Program-made: the position numbers and the translations under genes
Shown here: piece by piece, positions 57,265 through 64,000 of the stretch
Numbering within the stretch: position 1 is the stretch's first letter
Layout: every line of letters begins with the position of its first letter
DNA from: an uncultured bacterium
Lineage (GTDB): Bacteria > SAR324 > NAC60-12
DNA: 64,000 nucleotides
Direction: 5' to 3'
NCBI GenBank assembly: GCA_965662845.1
Contig: CBFIJD010000009.1
Location: 1 to 64,000 of the forward strand
Notes under the pieces: model-generated
Told to the model about the DNA's origin: nothing
The model's database searches: none
The model's input: only the letters and a program-made list of their open reading frames with translations

Positions 57265-58781
57265 GCGAGTACTTCCGCTTGAGGAGAGGTTGGCAAGGCA
57301 GACGTCCCCATGAGATAGGTGTCGATGCTGCGTGCCGCTTCACGACCTTCCCAGATCGCCCACACAACCAGCGAGGCTCCCCGCTTCGCGTCGCCAGCGA
57401 CAAATACACCGTCGACCGAGGTGCGGAAGTCGTTGTCTGCCGACACATGGAACATGGGCTGCTCGCCGTTTTCCAGCATTGTTTTGACGGTTTCAGGCGG
57501 GACGGGTTCTGACTTTCCACGCACATTCATTTGCACCCCAAGGCCATCGAGCAAGCCATCCACTTTGGGGCCGAGAAAGCCCATCGCTAACAGCACCATG
57601 TCGACCTCTATGGTGAACTCGCTGCCTTCAATACGCTGCATTTGGGGGCGCCCACCTTCTTGGGGAACCCACTCGACGCGCACCGCTTGTAAGCCGCTGA
57701 CATTGCCTTGACCATCATCCAAGACTTTCTCTGTCAGAATATTGGCGCGACAGTCGGGCTCGGCTTCTTCGTGTACGGGAGTAGGGCGCGGTTGCATGTT
57801 CACAATTTCAAATTGATGAACGCGGCGGTTGGCGCCCTGTCGGTTCAAATTCCCCAAACAATCTGCAGCCGTGAAGCCTCCACCTAGGATCGCAGCGGTT
57901 TTGCCGCTCGCTTCGACATCTGTATCGCGTGGTGCCTCTCCGGCGACAAAGCGATTGCGCTGGGGCAGATAATCCATTGCGTAGTGCACTCCTTTGAGCC
58001 CGGCCCCTTCGGTTGTGAGGCTGCGTGCGTGTTGTGCGCCGGTAGCCAGCAAAATCGCGTCAAACTGGCTGCGCAGCTCTTCGACGGTGATGTCTTGGCC
58101 CACTTGGCACTTGGTAATGAATTGCACTCCTTCGGCCTGCATTTGATCCACACGCCGTTGGACGTGAATCTTCTCCAGCTTGAAGTCGGGGATGCCATAA
58201 ATGAGCAGCCCGCCAATGCGATCATCTTTTTCGTAGACGGTGACGTCATGCCCTGCTCGGCGCAGCTGTTGGGCGGCGGCTAAACCGGCGGGCCCGGAGC
58301 CGATCACGGCGACACGCTTGCCGGTCAATTGCTTGGGCGGTTGTGGGGTCACCCAGCCATTCTCCCAACCTTGATCGGCGATGTGCTTCTCAATTTGTTC
58401 GATAGTCACCGAGTTCTTTTTGCACTGTCTCTCTTGTGGGTCCAGCGTGTAGTAGGCATTGAGCACACAAGATTCTTCACAGGGAGCGGGGCAGATTCGT
58501 CCGGTGAACTCTGGAAAGTTATTGGTGCTGTGCAAGTTGTCTAAGGCTTCTTTCCAGTTTCCACGATAGACAAGGTCGTTCCAGTCTGGGATTTGGTTCC
58601 CTAGCGGACAACCGGTGTGGCAGAAGGGGATCCCGCAGTCCATACAGCGAGAGGCCTGCGTTCGGATCTCTTGCTCGCTGTAGTGGACGTCATATTCCCG
58701 GAAATCCCGCACGCGCTCTGGAATCGGGCGGCGAGGTACATCTTGCTTAGCGTGTTCTAGAAAACCTGTATCTTTTCCCAT
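57261..58781 (-). CDS. gltD: Glutamate synthase small subunit
   Basis: RCMDCGIPFCH.GCP, NNFPEFTGRICPAPCE, GSGPAG, GD..RGASLVVWAI.EGR. Confidence 0.95.
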   Translation of the reverse strand: MGKDTGFLEHAKQDVPRRPIPERVRDFREYDVHYSEQEIRTQASRCMDCGIPFCHTGCPLGNQIPDWNDLVYRGNWKEALDNLHSTNNFPEFTGRICPAPCEESCVLNAYYTLDPQERQCKKNSVTIEQIEKHIADQGWENGWVTPQPPKQLTGKRVAVIGSGPAGLAAAQQLRRAGHDVTVYEKDDRIGGLLIYGIPDFKLEKIHVQRRVDQMQAEGVQFITKCQVGQDITVEELRSQFDAILLATGAQHARSLTTEGAGLKGVHYAMDYLPQRNRFVAGEAPRDTDVEASGKTAAILGGGFTAADCLGNLNRQGANRRVHQFEIVNMQPRPTPVHEEAEPDCRANILTEKVLDDGQGNVSGLQAVRVEWVPQEGGRPQMQRIEGSEFTIEVDMVLLAMGFLGPKVDGLLDGLGVQMNVRGKSEPVPPETVKTMLENGEQPMFHVSADNDFRTSVDGVFVAGDAKRGASLVVWAIWEGREAARSIDTYLMGTSALPTSPQAEVLA

Positions 58782-58790
58782 CAGATCTCC

Positions 58791-61700
58791 TTATGCGGCT
58801 TGGTGGTTCATGCTTTCAAGTACGAGTCGGTATTCGGTAGGCATCACTCTGACGAACTGAGAGAGGGTTTGTTCCCAATTCTCCAGCAAGCGTTCGGCTC
58901 GTTGGCTTTGGGTGTATTGACGGTGTTTGGTGATTTCTTCGCGGACCCACTGGGCTTCTTCCGGGTTTTGAATCGGCCCAAGCTCGACCATGCCCTGATT
59001 GCAGAGCTGATGGAAGCGTTGATGCTCGTCAAAGATGTAGGCGATGCCGCCGCTCATACCTGCGGCAAAGTTGCGACCGGTGACACCCAAGACGATGACA
59101 CGCCCGCCCGTCATATACTCACAGCCATGATCGCCGACTCCTTCTACAACCGCGGTGGCGCCGCTGTTGCGCACAGCGAAGCGTTCGCCAGCGATGCCAT
59201 TGAAGTATGCGGTGCCTTGGGTTGCCCCATAAAGGACGGTGTTGCCGATGAGGATGTTCTCGTCAGCTAGATAGGAAGCATTGCGTGGTGGATACACGAT
59301 CAGTGTTCCGCCGCTGAGCCCCTTGCCCGTGTAATCGTTGGCGTCACCTTCCAGTTCTAAAGTGACCCCCGGAGCTAGAAAGGCTCCGAAGCTCTGGCCC
59401 GCAGAACCTCTCAGGTTACAGTGAATGGTGTGCGGTGGCAGCCCCTCAGCGCCGTAACGCTCGGCGACTCGCCCGCTGAGCATCGTCCCGACAGCGCGGT
59501 CAATATTTTTGACAGGCATCTCGATGCGTACGGCTTTGCGCTCTTCTAGCGCAGGCTGCGCTTGCGCGATCAATTGATGATCAATTTGTGTGGAGAGACC
59601 GTGGTCTTGTTCTTGGGTGCAGTAACGAGTGTCGTTGGCACCTACCTCAACTTGGTGAAGCAGCCCATCCAGCTTGACGTGCTTTGCTTTCCAGTGGTCG
59701 ATGTCTGAGCGCTGCACCAGCATGTCGCTGCGACCGACCATCTCATCAAAGGTGCGGAATCCACATTGCGCCATGATCTCACGGACTTCTTCCGCGACCA
59801 TAAAGAAGTAGTTGATGACGTGTTCAGGTTGCCCAACGAACTTCTTCCGCAGCTCTGGATCTTGCGTGGCGATGCCGACGGGACAGGTGTTGAGGTGACA
59901 TTTGCGCATCATGATACAGCCGATAGCGATCAAGGGCGCGGTCGAGAAGCCAAACTCCTCTGCTCCAAGCATGGCCGCAATCGCGACGTCACGACCGGTC
60001 TTGAGTTGTCCGTCGGTTTGTAAGCGCACGCGCCCACGCAAGCGGTTCAGCAGCAGAGTTTGGTGCGCTTCGGAAATCCCCAACTCCCAGGGCACGCCCG
60101 CATATTTGATGGAGGTCAACGGAGAGGCTCCTGTGCCACCGTCGTGGCCGGCGATGACGATCATGTCAGCGTGCGTTTTGGCCACTCCAGCCGCGATGGT
60201 TCCAACGCCAGCTTCCGAGACGAGCTTGACGGTGATGCGGGCCTTGGGGTTCGCGTTTTTGAGATCGAAAATCAGCTGCGCGAGGTCTTCAATCGAGTAG
60301 ATGTCATGGTGGGGCGGTGGCGAAATCAGGGTCACCCCTGGGGTGGAGTGTCGAACTTTCGCGATCTCTTGGCTGACTTTCTTGCCAGGGAGCTGCCCGC
60401 CCTCTCCAGGCTTGGCTCCTTGGGCAACTTTGATCTGCAACTCAATGCAGTTGACCAGGTAGTGAATAGTGACTCCAAAACGCCCGGATGCCACTTGCTT
60501 GATGCGGCTCATGGGCCAGTCACCATTTTCGTGCTTCTCAAAGCGCACCGGATCTTCCCCTCCTTCGCCGCTGTTGCTGCGCGCTCCGATGCGGTTCATC
60601 GCTATGGCCAGTGTCTGGTGGGCCTCCGTGCTGATGGAACCCAACGACATAGCTCCAGTTGCAAAGCGTCGGACAATTTCTTTGGCTGGTTCCACGTCTG
60701 CCAGCGGGACTGCGGCTCCAGCTCGGAAAGTCAACAGGCTACGCGGCGCGGCGAGCTTGCGAGTCTGCTCGTTGATCATCTGTGAGAACTGCCGGTAGAC
60801 TTCGCGGCTATTTTCTTGAGCAGCCTTTTGCAGGGTTTGCGTCGTGTAGGGATTGACCTGATGATACTCCCCTCGTCGGCGCCAGTAGTAGTTTCCGCCG
60901 ACATCAAGAGTGGAGCGCACATCTGGAGAGTCATTGTAGGCCTCGGCGTGGCGGCGGAGTGCTTCTTCAGCGATGACATCAACGCCAATGCCGCTGATGC
61001 GAGATGGTGTCCCTGAGAAATAGGTGCGGACTACGTCTTCATGGAGGCCGATGGCTTCAAAAATTTGCGCGCCTCGGTAACTCTGAATGGTAGAAATCCC
61101 CATCTTTGCGAAGACTTTGAGCATCCCCTTGCGGATCGCTTTGAGATAGTTGGTCGTGGCTTGTTCGAGCGTCAACGTGGCAGGCAAGGTCTCTTCTGAG
61201 AGCATCTGCTCGAAGGTTTCAAAGGCGAGGTAAGGATTCACGGCGCCCGCCCCATAGCCGACGAGCAGGCAGAAGTGGGCGATTTCTCGGGCTTCTCCTG
61301 TCTCTAAGATGATGCTGGAAGAGCTGCGCATTTTTTGGCGGATCAGGTGATGGTGCACCGCTCCGGTCGCCAAGAGCGCCGGGATGGCGACGTGTTCCCG
61401 CCCGACACCGCGGTCGCTCAAGATCAAATATTCTTTGCCTGCACGAATCGCGGCCTCGGCTTCCTGACACAGTCGCTCTAGGGCTTGCTCTAGCCCTGCG
61501 GGGCCTGCGCTGACAGGAACGAGCAAAGAGAGCCTTGCCGCGCCATCGAGGTGGTGGAGCTTGCAAAGTTCTTCGTTGGTGAGGATGGGGGTCTCTAGTT
61601 TAATCAGGCGAGCGTGTCCAGGCTCTGGGCGGAGAATATTGCCTTCGCCACCAAGATGTGAGGTCAGCGACATCACCATCTCTTCGCGGATCGAGTCAAT

Positions 61701-63275
61701 CGGTGGATTGCTGACCTGCGCAAAGATTTGCTTGAAGTAATTGTAGAGCAGTTGGGGGCGATCAGACAAAACCGCCAGCGGGGCGTCGTTGCCCATGGAG
61801 CCAGTTGCCTCTCCCCCGTCGGTTATCATGGGAGCGAGCAACACATTGAGATCTTCTATGGTGTAGCCGAACAGCTTTTGACGTTCGAGGAGCGTGTTGG
61901 CGTCAGTGGTAGGGACATCGGCTGGAGCGGGCAACGCTTCGAGGGTGAGGACCTGCTCGTTCAGCCACTGCTGATAAGGCTGGGCTTGACAGATCTCTTG
62001 CTTCAACTCTTCGTCGCTGATGATGCGACCTTCGCGGGTGTCTACCAAGAACATCTTTCCTGGTTGCAGTCGACCTTTCTGAATGATGCGGGCCGGATCG
62101 ATGTCTACCGCGCCGACTTCGGAGGCCATAATCACGAGGTCATCATCGGTCACGATGTAGCGAGCAGGGCGCAGTCCATTTCGATCCAGCGTTGCTCCAA
62201 TTTGAATTCCGTCCGTAAATGCCAAGGCGGCGGGGCCATCCCACGGTTCCATCATGTGCTCATGATATTCGTAGAAGGCACGCTTTTCTGCGGCCATTCC
62301 GGGGCTGTTTTCCCAAGCTTCTGGAACCAGCATCATCATGGCGTGGGACAGCGAATAGCCAGACAAGACCAAAAATTCGAGAACGTTGTCCAAGCAAGCG
62401 GAGTCGCTTCCGCGTGGGACAATGATCGGCAGCAGGTCGCGGATGTTCTCGTAAAGAGGGCTCTCGAGCTTCTCTTGGCGAGACTTCATCCAGTTGATGT
62501 TGCCACGCAGCGTGTTGATTTCCCCGTTGTGAGCAAGGTAGCGGAAGGGCTGCGCGAGGTCCCATCGGGGGAAGGTGTTGGTGGGGAAGCGTGTGTGCGA
62601 GAGCGCGATGCCACTCACAAAGCGCTCGTCAGCAAGGTCGAGGTAGAAGCGGTCCATCTGCTCTGGCATGAGCATGCCCTTGTAGGCAATCGTGCGCGTC
62701 GACATGCTGGTGATTACAAACTCTTCTATGTCTTGAAGAGTATTGCGAATTTCGTTGCGAGCCACATACAGCAGGCGCTCGAAGGCTTGTTGATCGGCGG
62801 CTTGGCCTCTGCCAATGAACAACTGACAAATGACCGGCATGGCTTCGCTCGCTTGTTGCCCAACGTGCCGCGTGTCCACAGGGACGTCACGCCAACCGAG
62901 CTTGGGCAACCCATTCTCTTCTAGAATATTGACGACAGCCTCGACGCAATGCTTCTGTTGCTTTTGGTCTTGAGGCAAGAAGATCGTGGCTACGCCGTAG
63001 TCGCCAAATGCAGGCAGCGAGACGCTCATCCGTGCACACTCCTCTCTGAAAAACGCGTCTGGAATCTGAAGGAGAATCCCCGCACCGTCGCCAGTCTCTG
63101 GGTCTGCGCCAATCGCTCCGCGATGGGTCAGGTTACAAAGCAGTTGCAATCCTTGTCGGACAATCTGATGAGACTGTTGATTGTGAATATGAACGACAAA
63201 GCCCACGCCACAGCTATCGTGTTCGAGTTGTGGGTCGTAAAGTCCTTGCTGGCGAGGATACTGATTGCTGCTCAT
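58791..63275 (-). CDS. gltB: Glutamate synthase large subunit
   Basis: EHDSCGVGF (catalytic Cys), HNGEINT, EPWDGP, QGAKPGEGGQLPG, C...RKCHLNTCP, GXGXG domain; ATG 63275 after AAGGAAGG. Confidence 0.97.
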   Translation of the reverse strand: MSSNQYPRQQGLYDPQLEHDSCGVGFVVHIHNQQSHQIVRQGLQLLCNLTHRGAIGADPETGDGAGILLQIPDAFFREECARMSVSLPAFGDYGVATIFLPQDQKQQKHCVEAVVNILEENGLPKLGWRDVPVDTRHVGQQASEAMPVICQLFIGRGQAADQQAFERLLYVARNEIRNTLQDIEEFVITSMSTRTIAYKGMLMPEQMDRFYLDLADERFVSGIALSHTRFPTNTFPRWDLAQPFRYLAHNGEINTLRGNINWMKSRQEKLESPLYENIRDLLPIIVPRGSDSACLDNVLEFLVLSGYSLSHAMMMLVPEAWENSPGMAAEKRAFYEYHEHMMEPWDGPAALAFTDGIQIGATLDRNGLRPARYIVTDDDLVIMASEVGAVDIDPARIIQKGRLQPGKMFLVDTREGRIISDEELKQEICQAQPYQQWLNEQVLTLEALPAPADVPTTDANTLLERQKLFGYTIEDLNVLLAPMITDGGEATGSMGNDAPLAVLSDRPQLLYNYFKQIFAQVSNPPIDSIREEMVMSLTSHLGGEGNILRPEPGHARLIKLETPILTNEELCKLHHLDGAARLSLLVPVSAGPAGLEQALERLCQEAEAAIRAGKEYLILSDRGVGREHVAIPALLATGAVHHHLIRQKMRSSSSIILETGEAREIAHFCLLVGYGAGAVNPYLAFETFEQMLSEETLPATLTLEQATTNYLKAIRKGMLKVFAKMGISTIQSYRGAQIFEAIGLHEDVVRTYFSGTPSRISGIGVDVIAEEALRRHAEAYNDSPDVRSTLDVGGNYYWRRRGEYHQVNPYTTQTLQKAAQENSREVYRQFSQMINEQTRKLAAPRSLLTFRAGAAVPLADVEPAKEIVRRFATGAMSLGSISTEAHQTLAIAMNRIGARSNSGEGGEDPVRFEKHENGDWPMSRIKQVASGRFGVTIHYLVNCIELQIKVAQGAKPGEGGQLPGKKVSQEIAKVRHSTPGVTLISPPPHHDIYSIEDLAQLIFDLKNANPKARITVKLVSEAGVGTIAAGVAKTHADMIVIAGHDGGTGASPLTSIKYAGVPWELGISEAHQTLLLNRLRGRVRLQTDGQLKTGRDVAIAAMLGAEEFGFSTAPLIAIGCIMMRKCHLNTCPVGIATQDPELRKKFVGQPEHVINYFFMVAEEVREIMAQCGFRTFDEMVGRSDMLVQRSDIDHWKAKHVKLDGLLHQVEVGANDTRYCTQEQDHGLSTQIDHQLIAQAQPALEERKAVRIEMPVKNIDRAVGTMLSGRVAERYGAEGLPPHTIHCNLRGSAGQSFGAFLAPGVTLELEGDANDYTGKGLSGGTLIVYPPRNASYLADENILIGNTVLYGATQGTAYFNGIAGERFAVRNSGATAVVEGVGDHGCEYMTGGRVIVLGVTGRNFAAGMSGGIAYIFDEHQRFHQLCNQGMVELGPIQNPEEAQWVREEITKHRQYTQSQRAERLLENWEQTLSQFVRVMPTEYRLVLESMNHQAA

Positions 63276-63509
63276 TGCCTTCCTTGCTGAGGTCTGATTG
63301 GTCGTAAAGTGCGGAAGCGCGGCGCATCCGTTCACTCCGCCGTGCGACGAAGCGGGGACAAGAGTCTGCGGATGGCTGGGTCGTGCCCGTGGAACGGTGA
63401 CAACAATTGCGAGGGGTTCGCTTCCTGTGGAGGATGCTGGGAGTCGACGGCTTCCGGGGGAGAAGTGGAAGAGTGCTATTTGAAGTCGACTTAGACCGAA
63501 TGTGACAAA

Positions 63510-63538
63510 ATATTATCATTCGGATTCTTGAAAAGCAA
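63510..63538 (-). promoter_or_regulatory. Putative sigma70 promoter of gltBD
   Basis: TTGCTT-N17-TAATAT with extended -10 (TG-A-TAATAT) on the minus strand. Confidence 0.5.
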
Positions 63539-63735
63539 CCTGCAATAATCTCTGTTTTTTGCTGGAAAGGCAAGATCTGTTGCCTCAAAAAGTTACAACG
63601 ACAAGCCGCGAGTAACGCCAGATTCTTTGGGAAGTTGCAAGCCGCTATAGGTAACTTTACGAATAGCTGGTAAAAATTCGCATTGCAATACTACGCGAAC
63701 TTTTTGTTCGTCTTCATTCTGGGCCCCAAAAAACT

Positions 63736-64000
63736 ATGCAAAATCAGTCTTCTTCTTGCTGTCCTTCTACGACACAAGCGCCTACGTCTGGCTCATGCTG
63801 TCCGAGTAAGCAAGCCGCGGTGGCTGAGCCCACGCCAAAAATTCAGATCGCGCCCGACGCTCAACGCCACGCAAGCACTCCTGATCTTGACTCCGTGGTG
63901 TTTCGCAAACACTACGTCACCGCAAAAGACGGAGTCAGCGAAATTACTCTGCTCATGAAGGGAATTCGCTGTGCAGCCTGTGTGAACCAGAACGAGACCG
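63736..64000 (+). CDS. N-terminus of a heavy-metal P1B-type ATPase (CcoI/FixI/CopA-like), truncated by window edge
   Basis: My translation: MQNQSSSCCPST..SCCPSK..DSVVFRKHYVTAKDGVSEITLLMKGIRCAACVNQNET, with an HMA-type GxxCxxC; frame is open to the window end and is not in the ORF track. Confidence 0.7.
   Translation, partial: MQNQSSSCCPSTTQAPTSGSCCPSKQAAVAEPTPKIQIAPDAQRHASTPDLDSVVFRKHYVTAKDGVSEITLLMKGIRCAACVNQNET

Noticed and set aside
61728..62924. 398-aa plus-strand ORF
   Set aside because: Entirely antisense to gltB with no recognisable motifs; typical shadow ORF
63683..63958. 91-aa ORF in the track
   Set aside because: Overlaps the better-supported HMA-containing frame starting at 63736
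1..64000. CRISPR arrays, tRNA/rRNA genes, transposases, integrases, prophage or defence genes
   Set aside because: Intergenic gaps are short, and I saw no regularly spaced repeats, cloverleaf motifs or mobile-element proteins; TerB-like and PIN-PhoH genes sit in housekeeping context

Overview
Gene-dense bacterial chromosomal window made up mostly of housekeeping genes. The gene styles suggest a deltaproteobacteria-like organism, possibly the marine SAR324 group, but that is an impression I cannot verify here. Left part: partial kdsA, a Bacillus-type sdhCAB, the ffh-rpsP-rimM-trmD-rplS-rnhB-yraN-rpsT cluster, tatA, and tolQ/tolR preceded by an unusually long Pal-like lipoprotein. Next come an enlarged phosphohexomutase, an orphan MCP, a TolA/TonB-like protein, gatC, fabZ, skp, pyk, aroE, HPr, metK, hemW, tmk, a hybrid kinase and an APC permease. 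Middle: a rearranged, divergent DUF444-SpoVR-PrkA locus, an XRE regulator, an NMO/FabK-like flavoenzyme, PIN-PhoH, and envelope genes (plsC, TerB-like, AI-2E, GnnA-like, lptF/G, lolA). Right part: a six-PAS protein with no output domain, divergent from an acs-phaA-SDR-phaC polyhydroxyalkanoate cluster, then lhgO, gltBD with two trailing unknown genes, and at the right edge the start of a heavy-metal P-type ATPase missed by the ORF track. I saw no rRNA, tRNA, CRISPR array or mobile element. Best novelty candidates are the long-stalk Pal Tol module, the divergent PrkA ternary system, the output-less PAS sensor beside a PHA cluster with a possibly NADH-type reductase, and several structured intergenic leaders. 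All calls come from motif recognition by eye; no searches were run.
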